The notes below the pieces were generated by a model. It saw only the letters and a program-made list of their open reading frames with translations. It searched no databases and had not been told where the DNA came from. From NCBI RefSeq assembly GCF_009914755.1, contig NC_060933.1: a stretch of DNA of 64,000 bases. The stretch is one strand, 5' to 3'. The stretch comes from the human T2T-CHM13v2.0 reference genome, Homo sapiens. The position numbers and the translations under genes are program-made. Positions 19,185 to 37,110 of this stretch are shown piece after piece. Positions within the stretch are counted from its first letter, which is position 1, and each line of letters begins with the position of its first letter.

Positions 19185-20619
19185 GAGCTGAATGAGCCGC
19201 CTGCAGAATGGCAATCGGCCCGTGGGGCAGCTGCCATCCCTGGAGCCCCACTTGGGGCTGGCTTCCCTTGGCCCTGCATCTACAGGGCTCCCTAGCTCCT
19301 GGCTCCCTCCTCTCCCTCCCACCAGGCTCCTGCCTGGAGCCAGCGCCCTCTTCCCCACTCCAGTCGTGGGTCCTGCCCACCAGCCTTGAGGCTTCCAGCT
19401 CCTTCCGGACCCTGTGCACCTGCCCAGTTCCACCCTCTCCAAATAAACGCCTCTCCTTCCTTGACCTTGCCCTGATCCTCCCTGCTCCGAGGTGCCCCAT
19501 GTGCGGCAGGAAGAAGCAGCCTCCACAGGACTGCGCTCAGCGGGAGACGGGGCTTCCCCGTGAAGAGGTGCTGAGTGCGAATGCCCACTCCAACACCTGG
19601 TCACTGTGTGATCTTGAGAAAGAGTTGAGCCTCTCTGGGCCCTGGCTTCCCCAACAACCAAAGGCTGTACAGAGAGCGGCTTAGGAGAGAGCTCCTGTGT
19701 GCGCCGCCGAGGGCTCTGCTGGCTCAGGACATCTGTAGGACCAGTTCCAGCTCCAGTGGGCACCGCCAGCACGCCCAGGTGAGACCGCCTGAGCCCTCAG
19801 GGTTTCAGTGTCCTTATCAGCAAACGGGCTAAGGAGCCAGCTTGCAGGGGTGCAGAGGCGTGGGGAGGTGGGGACACCTAGAAAGGGGCAGTGACCTCCT
19901 GCCTCTCCCAGCTCTGCCTTCTGCCTTGGGTCAGAGTCATTCCTCCCCCTCCCCCCAACTAGACCGGGCTGCCACTCTCCCCTGCCCTGGCTGGGCACAG
20001 GACTGTCCATGACCAATGGCAGGCGTGGGGTTGGAGGGTGCGCCTGCCTTGATCCCAGCTGCTCAGATGGGTCTGAGTTGGGGGGAGCAGAGCTTTCCTG
20101 GCCTCCCTGACATGCTGCTTCCTGAAGCCCAGGAGGGGCAGCCCCCCCACCCCAAACCCCACCCCACCCCCGCCAGCCCTGAGTGGAAATGCCCCACGGA
20201 AAAGGGCCCTGTTGGGGCCCCTGGGGAGGCCCCCAATCTGGGGTCTCTGCCAAAGAGGGTGAGAGATAGGCCCCCGGAGGGCCCCCGGGGAAGAGCTGGG
20301 GTTGGGTCCATCCCCTGAATGCCTCGCTCCCTCTTCCTCATCCCCTGTTCATGGTGGGGGACATGCTGGTGGACAGACAAGTGGCTACAGAGGGCCAGGG
20401 GGAGGCGTCTGGGCCTCCAGGGCAGCAGGTGACCCCGAATGTGGGGGCTGCGGCCCTGGGAGACCCCGTGAGAGGCCGTGTATGTGTGAGGTCGGCCTGT
20501 GTTCACCGGCTGTTTGTAGGGCAGGAGTCCGGGTATGTGTGTGGTGTGTGTGTCTGAAGGGGGTGTCTGTGGGGCGTTGTTTTGTCTGTGTACCGTGTGG
20601 GTGTGGCCCTGTGGTGTGC

Positions 20620-21470
20620 CTGTGTGTGTCTCGGGGTGCGTATCTCGGTGGTGGGTGTGAGTGCCGAAAGCGGCGGGACTGAGGCTTCCGTCCTCCATCT
20701 GTGGTCTGCGGGGAGGGAGTGGACAGCGCAGGGAGCGGACAGGAGCGCTGCGGGATCCCGGGGCCTTGCGGGCCGAGCCACAGGGGAGGGGGGAGGAGGG
20801 GGGGAGGAGGGAGGGGGAGGGGAAAGGGGGAGGGAGAGGGGAAAGGGGGGAAGGGGAGGGGTAAGCGGTAGGCGGGGGCCAGGTCTCCCTGCAGGCCCCG
20901 CCCCCCCCCCACCGGCGTGGTGCCCCCGGCGCGAGCAAGGGCGTGGAGTCCGGGGTCGCGGGGGCGCCGAGACCCGCCCCGGGGGCTCCACGCGGACTCC
21001 GGCTTCAGTGCTCGGCGCTGCCGCACGGCTGCAAGCCTAGCAATTTTGGGCTGAACAACAAAAGCGAGAGAGAGGGAAGTTGGGGGGCGGGGGCGGCGCG
21101 TTTCCCCCCACCCGCCAGGGCCGGTCGTGGGCTCGGAGCAGGTGCCAGGAGGTCGCGCGGCCGGAGCGGGGCTGTGCGGAGCCAGCAGCGCGGAGGCGGA
21201 GGCGGGCGGGCGCGAGCGCCGCGCGAGGGGAAAAGTTTCCGACCCTGGAGCGAGAGGCTGAGAAGTTTCGGCCGCGCCAGGCGGCGCCAAAGCCAGGCCA
21301 ACACTGCCCCCGCGTGGGCGCGCCGCGGTGCTGCAGCCGGCGCAGGGGCCGGGGCCCGCCGCGACCCTTGGGGTAAACTGAGGCTCAGAGAGGGCGACGT
21401 GGGCTGCGCAAGGCCACCTGGAGGAGGGGCCGTAGAATCAGGCCTGCTGAGACGGGGGACGGGGCGTGAA
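20620..21470. promoter_or_regulatory. CpG island with G-run tract; candidate promoter/enhancer
   Basis: Very high CpG density, GC boxes, G-rich tract 20783-20861. Confidence 0.75.
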
Positions 21471-22298
21471 TGTCCAGAAAGGGAGACAGAAGGGAGGGGA
21501 CGTCCCAGGGACTGAATCCCACTCCTCGTCCTAGATGTGTCTCCACCCCCTTCCTTCCAGTTACCTCCAGAGTCCAGCAATCAGGTACCCGGTGGAGGGG
21601 CGGTGGCAGTGCTGTCTTCTTCCCATCCCTGCAGAGTTTGTCTAAACTAACCCTAGCTCTATTGCCCTTCTTCTGGAGTTAGGGCGCCTCTCCCAAAAGG
21701 CGTCCCCCATCCACAACCCATCCCGGCCCTAAGGACCCCCACCAGCCACCGCCCAGGCCAGTCCCACCGTTTGCAGCCCATTCCTTTGCCATTAAACAAG
21801 GCGCCAGGGTGTGGATTCCCTGCTGTTTCCTCAGCGGCCAGGAGGTGGCGAGAAAGACCCGGATCCTGGGCAATGGCGCGGGTCTGGGGGCCACTGACAG
21901 CTTCAGGGAAAGAGGCGGCGGCTCAAACTTTCTCCAGGGGGCTGGAACGCAGGTGTGGCAGGGGCAAACCTGGTGGGCAGGGTCTGCCACCTTGTCTTTC
22001 GCCACCTCCTGATGCAGATTTGAACATCCACCCCCTCATCCCCAGACTAGGAGAGAAACCGTGGGCCCCAGCCCGTCCCACACAGGTGCTTTGCCTTCTG
22101 GGACCAGAGGGTGCCAACCCTTCCGGGGAAACGCATGAGACCAACACAGGGCTCTCTTCCCTCGGCTGGAGTCTGGACGCCCTCACTCCATTGTGGATGT
22201 CAGATGGAGGCTTGGTGGGGGAGGACAGAGGCTTGGGGTGGGGGTTCTCCACCCCTAGGCTGAGTTTCCAGCAGGTGCCTGCTTCAGGTGTGGGCTGA

Positions 22299-22648
<350 letters not shown>

Positions 22649-22871
22649 ATGTTCCCAGGTTTCAGGTATGTGGCAGGGTCTCCCACCTTCCAGAAGAGGG
22701 GTTCACTACAAGTCCTGAACCCCAGGGATGCCCTGTCCCCACCCCTCAGCCTCATCCTGGCTGTGTCTCCATCCCCTTCCTTCCAGGAACCCCCAGAGAC
22801 CAGCAACCAGGTACCCAGAAAGGCTTGTGGTGTGACACCTACTGGCAGGTCCCAGCCACCTGGGATGTGCC

Positions 22872-22877
22872 TTTATT
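22872..22877 (-). terminator. C9orf50: C9orf50 poly(A) signal AATAAA
   Basis: TTTATT on plus, 70 nt past the stop codon. Confidence 0.75.
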
Positions 22878-22946
22878 TGTGGGGCAAGGAAGGACGCTCC
22901 TCATTGCCTGGCCCATGTGTGCCCCTGGCCTTGGGTTCGCGAGTGT

Positions 22947-23054
22947 TCACCTCTTATCTGGCTGCAGTGTTGCGGAGGCCAGGAGGAGATGGTACCCCTT
23001 AGGGCAGCCTTGCTTCAGGACCGACTGCAGCACCCGGTTGGGCAGGAGGGACTC
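22947..23054 (-). CDS. C9orf50: C9orf50 coding exon 7 (ESLLPNRV...QPDKR*)
   Basis: ctag acceptor, phase 0, TGA at 22949-22947; spliced total 431 aa. Confidence 0.85.
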   Translation of the reverse strand, partial: ESLLPNRVLQSVLKQGCPKGYHLLLASATLQPDKR

Positions 23055-23706
23055 CTAGAGTGAGACAGAGGACCAGCTGGCTGCTACCAGGACCTCGGGG
23101 CAGGGGACTGGGCTCCCAGTGGGATTCTGTGCTGAAGCCCTGTTGGGCAGGTAGTGCTGTCAGCCCCATTTTAAAAGATGAGGAAACAAATGCAAGGTCA
23201 AGCACGGTGGCTCTCGCCTGTAATCCCAGCAGTTTGGGAGGCCAAGGCGGACAGATCACCTGAGGTCAGGAGTTCAAGACCAGCCTGGCCAGCATAGTGA
23301 AACCCTGTCTCTACCGAAAATACAAAAATTAGCTGGGTGTGGTGGTGGGTGTCCCCATTGCAGAGGTTGCAGTGAGCCAAGATTGCACCACTGCACTCCA
23401 GCCTGGGCGACAGAGCAACACTCTGTCTCAAAAAAGCAAAGAGAGGAGAGGGGAGGGGAGGGGAGATGCAGAAAGGAACTGTGATCGGAACCCAGGCACC
23501 TGGCTTAGAGCCACCCCTTGACAGCTGCCCTTTGAGGGAGATGCAGGAACACAGGGCGTGGCCACTGCAAGCCCCCACGGTGACTTGGCTCTCAGGGAGG
23601 GTCCACTCCCAGCCCCAGCCACTCCACCAAACAGGGCTGCTCCCGGAGCCAGCTGCCAGCAGGGGCTCACCAGCTTCTAGGTCCAGGAGCAAGACCATTT
23701 GCCCAC

Positions 23707-23851
23707 CTGCTCCAGGTTTCTGTGCGGGTCCAAGAAGGCTCGGAGGCTGCTTCGCGGCCTCTGAGCAGCGGCCTTCTTCCATGAACAGAAGGGCAGGCTG
23801 CTGTTCATGGAGGTGTCCTCAGAAAGGTAGCCCTGTGTCTTCTGGGTGGAC
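23707..23851 (-). CDS. C9orf50: C9orf50 coding exon 6 (STQKTQGY...HRNLEQ)
   Basis: cccccag acceptor, GTGGG donor, phase 2 to 0. Confidence 0.85.
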
Positions 23852-24034
23852 CTGGGGGAGACAGGACCCCATGAGCTTCCTGGACTCTGAGTCCCCGGCC
23901 CACCCATGGCTGGCAGGGCCCTTGAGGACCCACACTGGCAACCCGCCTGCTGCTGGGTGGGGAGGTCTGTAGGCAAGGGGGGTGGAGGGCCCTGGCAATG
24001 TCCACGAGTCCCATCCGCTTCCCTGGAGCCTCAC

Positions 24035-24197
24035 AGGCCAGCGCAGTCCCAACACGAGGAGCTGGCCAGGGTCTCCTCCTTGGCCCCAGGGTACAGGGCT
24101 TTGGGCAAACTCTCCAGCCGTTTTCCGACACTCCCAAACACCCGCTCGGACGCCACTGGCAGGGCGGCCTTCTGGTTCACAATGACGCTCTGTTGGA
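24035..24197 (-). CDS. C9orf50: C9orf50 coding exon 5 (VQQSVIVNQ...WDCAGL)
   Basis: ctgcag acceptor, GTGAG donor, phase 1 to 2. Confidence 0.85.
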
Positions 24198-26083
24198 CTG
24201 CAGGAAAGAGGGCAGGGTGAGATCTCTGCCCAGGAGGAGGGCACTGGTGCCCCCACCCTCTTTTCCTCCCTCTGGCAGGCAGGGCCGGTCAGAGCCCTGT
24301 CTCCATGGCAACCCCAGGCTCCCCAGCGCCTTCTGGCTGCCTCCAGAGAAGCCTTGGGTTTTAAAACCACCTTGCGTGACCATTTCTGTTATACCCAAGC
24401 TGTGCCCCTGCGCACCCCCACTCACGCTGCAGCCGGAAGCGTGCCCCCTTTCTCGCAGTGGGGAGACCACTTACCCCATCATAGAAATCCCAGAAACCAT
24501 GCTGAGAGCGTTGAGGGCTTCAGGGAGGGCTGTCTCAGGGATGGGGGCTCTTCCTGTCCAACAGCAGCCATGCGAGGTGGTCCAAGGACCCTGAGTTCCC
24601 CAATGGCTGCCCCAGGATGGAAAGGGCTGGGAAGCAGCAGGCTGGCCCCCACGTCTCCTGGGCACCCTGCTGCCCGGGACACCATGATAGCTCCTTATGG
24701 CCAGTGGCTGACACGGAATCATCTCCTGTATGCACCAACTGCCATTCACATGAAATTGTTTCTCTTGGGCTTGTCCTGGCCTTGGATTCCCAAGAGGGGC
24801 CCGGGGTCACTCTGGCTTCTATATGTGGCTCTGCGTCACCCACACAAGCCCATCCTGCTTCTGGGGCCTTGGTTTCCCCACCAAACAAACAGAAGTTGGG
24901 CAAAAATCACAGCTTCTAACTCCAGCTTCCTGTCACGCTAAGGAGGCTGCGTCAGATCCCTCCCAAATCAGCGAAGGTCCTAGGTTTGCAGGGCATCGCC
25001 CACAGCTAGACCTTGAGGCAGACATTTCCTGAAACTGCACATAGTGGGTGCTCAATAAACAGCTAGAGGACATTGACTGTTGGGGACCCTGGGGGCTGCT
25101 GGATCCTGAGAAGAGGCTGGGCACACAGAAAAAGGTGGAGCTTAGTCAAGGTTATACCAGAGTAAGAACAGGGACTTCTCGCCTGCTTCTCGAGACACAC
25201 TTCAGAAAATTCACTGGGAATGGCCAGGCGCGGTGGCTCATGCCTGTAATCCCAGCACTTTGGGAGGCAGAGGCAGGTGGATCCCTGAGGTCAGGAGTTC
25301 GAGACCACCCTGGTCAACATGGAGAAACCCCGTCTCTACTAAAAATACAAAATTAGCCAGGGGCGGTGGCGCATGCCTGTAATCCCAGGTACTCAGGAGG
25401 CTGAGGCAGGAGAATGGCATGAACCCGGGAGGTGGAGCTTGCAGCGAGCCGAGATCGCGCCACTGCACTCCAGCCTGGGCGACAGAGTGAGACTCCGTAT
25501 CAGAAAAAAAAAAAGAAAAAGAAAACTCACTGGGAACTGCAAAACAGACACCATTACATCCAGGGTCTGGTGGCTCTTAGCTTCCTTGCTGGACCTGGCA
25601 GTGCCAACTGTCTCCAGGAGAGAGAAAGTTTCCGCTTCGCGGCTTTTCTGGGCACCTCCTCAGGCAGGCTTCGAGGTCTGCCTTCATGGATGTCAAAGGA
25701 AGATGCTTCCAATGGCATCTGGACCTCCTCCAGCCCCTGTAGGCTGTGGGGACTGCGGAGGGGAGCAAGTGTGGGCTCTGGAGGCTCCGGCTACGGGTCT
25801 CAAGGTGGGCAGATACAGCATATGGGAACCCCTTGGCAGCGAGCAGTCCAAGGTGCTGCCTGCGTTGGAACACCTCCACTGGACTCTGGACCCTCTACTT
25901 GGTCTTCGAAGGTCAACCTGACATCCTCCAAGGAGGCCAGTTCAGGCACATCCTCTGCAGGATCACTGATCTCTTGGCCTTTGCAAAGCCAGTCCCTCAC
26001 TCTAGGGGCCCGGAGCTACAGCCTCTCTGCCCTCCTGGCTAGAACTTTCGGGAGTCTCGAGGCTCCCCATCCTGTCTGCTTAC

Positions 26084-26247
26084 CTGAGCGTCTGCGCTCC
26101 CAGTAGCGGAGCGTTGTGTCCTGCAGGGTCTCGTCAGCGAATCGCACCCGGAAAGGGCAACGCTGCCTGCAGGGCCTAGAGCCTTCCCCCGAGGGGTTGT
26201 GGGTCAGCGCAGCCTTGAGCCTGGGGACCTGTGCACCGTGGGGCCTG
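26084..26247 (-). CDS. C9orf50: C9orf50 coding exon 4 (HRPHGAQ...RVRFADETLQDTTLRYWERRRS)
   Basis: ctctcag acceptor, GTAAG donor, phase 2 to 1; lies in ORF 26016..26300. Confidence 0.88.
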
Positions 26248-26396
26248 CTGAGAGAGGGGAGAGGGGCCTGTGCTCGAAGCCCCCCACCGTACCCCAGCAC
26301 ACACGCACCAGCCCCAGACTCGCTGTGAGATCCTGGACAAGTGCCCTACACTGGTCTTGAAGAATGGATAACGCCAATCACAGCAGCCGGCCTTAA

Positions 26397-27275
<879 letters not shown>

Positions 27276-28173
27276 TGATTTACATGAGGCATGTAGGACG
27301 TGGCCTGGCACAGGGTTTGGCCTTAATCAAGGGTATCTGTTATATGTATATTTCATAGATAACATTGTTCCATTTATTGTTATTAATTTCAGCCTCAACC
27401 CGGTGTGGTGGCTCACGCCTGTAATCCCAGCACTTTGGGAGGCAGGCAGATCAAAAGGTCAAGAGATCCAGACCATCCTGGCCAACATGGTGAAACCCCC
27501 GTCTCTACCAAAAATACAAAAAAATTAGCTGGGCACGGTGGCGTGCGCCTGTAGTTCCAGTTACTCGAGAGGTTGAGAATCACTTGAACCCAGGAGGTAG
27601 AGGTTGCAGTGAGCCGAGATCGTGCCACTGCACTCCAGCCTAGGGACGGAGTGAGACTTCGTCTCAAAAAAAAAGAAAAAAAAAATCAGCCTCAAGGGCA
27701 AGGCTGCGGGAAGGCCTGCTTGACCCACCTATAACTCTGTTATGGAGGAAGGTCATGGCTGACCGTTAGTATGCACATAGTTATATGTCTGCATCCATTC
27801 ATCTGACCACATCTGTATGTCTGTGTAGATGCAGAGGGAATGCTTTTCATCAGCCTCCAAAGAGCCAAGCAGTTGGGAGGTGTCAGGACAGTGCCTGGCT
27901 ACATGCCTTGGGACCTAGTCATCTAACAGTTGTCTGCTCAGGAACCCCTGCTCTCTGCTGGCTGCTGGGCCAGGCAAAGGCATAACCCAGCTCTGCCCAC
28001 CTGCCTGAAATCTCAGCATCTTCACTCGAGGGCCACTGGAGCCTGTTCTGAGGCACCACAGTGTCCCCTGCAGGGCCTACCAGGGAATCTCACACACAGT
28101 AAGGTGCTCAAGTATTTGCTCTTGAATGTGAAAGTCTGTAACTGTGTTTGTCTCTGCTTTTGCTCACATTTGA

Positions 28174-28656
<483 letters not shown>

Positions 28657-28974
28657 TGAGGCTCAGTGGGGAAATATGATCCATTAGTTTTGTCTGCTGT
28701 GGGTATGAGATGAGGAAGAATGATATGTTTGTGATGTATTTACTCTCCCTGGTCTTTAAACTCATGGGCAGTGCCATTCACCCTTCACCCCTGCTTAAGC
28801 CTGGAGGAATTTTAACCTGGAGGAACTGTTTCTGTCTTCTTTTCCTCCTCTGTTAAAACTATGGTGTCTAGGCCCAGGTAGGTTCCAATTCCTAGGCTCT
28901 TCTCTTACCTCCATCCCTTAGTTTTCTCCCAATATTCAACATATAGTAAAACCTAATAAAAGTTAGAGTAAGAA

Positions 28975-30040
<1,066 letters not shown>

Positions 30041-30118
30041 TGGGCGAAAGAGGAAAGAAAGAAGGAAAAAAATGCCCCTTTCCTCCACTACCCTACCCTT
30101 ATCCCGCCCATCACTCAC

Positions 30119-30235
30119 TGGTTGGCCTTTCTGACAGTGGTGAATTGTGAGTGATCACCCTTCAGGGGCCCCAGAATAGGTGTCTGCTGGAGCGAAATCT
30201 TCGTAAGACTATCCTGGAGGTGCGATGACTGGCCC
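30119..30235 (-). CDS. C9orf50: C9orf50 coding exon 3 (GQSSHLQ...VRKAN)
   Basis: taag acceptor, GTGAG donor, 117 nt, phase 2 to 2. Confidence 0.85.
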
Positions 30236-30338
30236 CTTAAAGACAAACAGGCCACATCTGGCATGAGTGGCCAGGCTGTCCCGCCCTGGAAACATCGATG
30301 GCAACCCCGTCCCCACCAAGAAGCGGACTGACGCTTAC

Positions 30339-30429
30339 CACAGGTCTGGGAGGAATGAACAGTTGGGACACCGCGGAGACCCTGGGCAGTGCTCTAATAC
30401 ACCCCTTTGATGTTGCGGTGCTGGGGATG
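30339..30429 (-). CDS. C9orf50: C9orf50 coding exon 2 (TSPAPQ...CPNCSFLPDLW)
   Basis: ctccag acceptor, GTAAG donor, phase 1 to 2. Confidence 0.87.
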
Positions 30430-30589
30430 CTGGAGCCAGGAGGAAACAGTTGTGAGCCTTGGCTGGGGGACGGTCCTTTCTAGTCATGTGGCCTCGGGGT
30501 GATGGCAGACCAGCCCTCAAGGACGGGTTGCGAGGGCTCTGAGATACTCAGCTAACATTAGCATCCTTCTAGTCTGGGTGGTGGGGTGG

Positions 30590-31340
30590 TGGGTGCGGGG
30601 ACACAAGGGACCACCCCCCACCGGAAATGACTCGGGCCCGCCCCCCGGGCCCCGCGGGGCCTCACTCAGTGGCTCCGGCTCCTCGGCGCACTTCTCCTGG
30701 AGCTGGTGCAGGAACTCACGGAACCTGCTGGGGAGGAGCTCTCCTAGGAAGGCGCCCAAGAAGTCGGGGTCCTCCCTGGCCACGCGCCTCCGGGGGCGCT
30801 CGCGCTCTCCAGGCCCTGGCTGCCTGGGCGCCGATTCCCGGGACGCGCCGGCCGACAGCAGGGGAGGCGGCAGCAGGGACCGCAGCAGCCCCCGCTTCCG
30901 CACGGCCCGCCGGGTCGCGGTGAGCAAGGCGGGCAGGCGCGGCGGGAGGCGTCCGACGCCCACCCCGGGCTTGGCGTCCCCTTCCGGCCACCACGCGGCG
31001 CCGCCCCCCGGGATCCTCCAGTCCCCGGAGCCCCGCGCGCCCAGAGCCGCTCGGAGCGCGGGCGGGGTCAGCTTGGGCAGCCGCGGGTCGCTGCTGCGTC
31101 GGAAGTCTCCGTCGCCAGGGAGCCCCTTGGGCGCCAGGTCCTGGGCCCCTGGGCGAAGTCGACGCCAGAACATGCTTGGCCCCGCACTCAGCTCACCGCA
31201 CCCTCAGCGCGCGTGGGTGGGGGGCGCCGGCTGAGGTGGGGAGGGCATAGTCCAGCCCCAGGCCATAGTGCCCCGGGCGGGGCAGCGCGGTGCGGGGTGA
31301 ACGCCACCGGCCCGGCGGACAGCGAGTGGCTTCAGGCGAG
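30590..31340 (-). promoter_or_regulatory. C9orf50: C9orf50 CpG island promoter/first exon
   Basis: CpG-dense; GC box GGGCGGGG near 31276. Confidence 0.8.
30666..31173 (-). CDS. C9orf50: C9orf50 coding exon 1 (MFWRRLRPGAQDL...EEPEPL), within a CpG island
   Basis: ORF 30517..31173; GTGAG donor at 30665; N-terminus recognised. Confidence 0.9.
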
Positions 31341-31934
31341 AGCTCCCAGAGCCTCTGTTTCCTCACCTGAAAAATGGTGACAGCAAGAGTAGCCAACTTT
31401 GGGGGTTGCTGTGACGTTTAAATGAGCAAGTACATGCCAGTCTTAGAACAGCAAGCTCGGTACAGTGCCAGGCACGCTGGCCAAGCTTACACATAGACTA
31501 GCTGCCATTCTTAGTATTTCAAAGTTATTATTATTTAGGATTTAGTCCCAGCTCCACCACTTATTAGCTTTGTAACCTTGGCCAAGCCAATTAACTTCCC
31601 TCTGCCTTCCCTGGGGGCTCTGGTCTGCAGAATGGGGATAATAGCAGCACCTGCCTCTCTGCAGCCGTGAAACGGCATCACCGCATCACCGCTGGTAGAG
31701 AGAGCACTTAGCCTGCCTTGCAGTGTTCAAAGCGTGGAACTGTTACCGTCATTAGCGCTCTACTGGGAATTAGGAAACCTGGAACCAGCTTGAGGGAAGA
31801 GAGACCTGACCAGCAGCCTCCCAGCCCTGGTGCTGCCTCAGAGACCCCTGGGTGGGGAGCCTGTTGAAAATACAGATGACTTACCCCCAGCCCCCATTCT
31901 GATTCAGTACGTCTCTGCTGGAGCCAAGACAGTT

Positions 31935-36634
<4,700 letters not shown>

Positions 36635-36669
36635 TTTAAATTATTTTTCAAAAGAAGTCAAGTTAAATC

Positions 36670-37110
36670 CGGAGCCCGCGCGGGGGAGGGGCGAGCTGAG
36701 CGAGGGGGTGGAGCCAGCCATGGGCCCGCCCCTAAACGCCCGGAAGTGACGTTGGCGGACAAAGGCAGCGCGCGCCGCGAGCTGTCGCGTCTGGTCGTGG
36801 TCTGGCGGAGCTGCGGTTGGCTTGTGGCGTCTCCGCCGCCGCCGCCCTCCCTTCCTCTTCCCCATCTTCTTCTCTCGGTCCCGGGAGCCCCCGCCCGGAG
36901 TGAGTAGCGCGAGGCGGTGCGAAGGGTAGGCAGCCGCTGGGAGAGGGGAGGCTGCGACCCCTAACTGTTTCGGCGCCCTGAGGTCCCGGGTCCCCGGCTC
37001 GTCACGTGACCCGGCGCGTGCGCGCGGGCCGGCACAGGCCCCACGTGCGCGTCCCCAAGAGGTCTACGGGCCGGACCTGGGCAGGGACTACGGAGCAGTC
37101 CATGGGTCGG
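36670..37110 (+). promoter_or_regulatory. NTMT1: NTMT1 CpG island promoter and non-coding first exon (donor GTGAGT at 36900)
   Basis: CCGGAAGTGACGT ETS/CRE composite 36740-36752, GC box, GTCACGTGAC 37001-37010, NRF1-like GCGCGTGCGC 37014-37023. Confidence 0.8.

Noticed and set aside
20063-21580. ORFs of 291, 301, 190 and 191 aa
   Set aside because: CpG island composition effect; no recognisable protein
30578-31234. 218-aa plus-strand ORF
   Set aside because: Antisense shadow of C9orf50 exon 1
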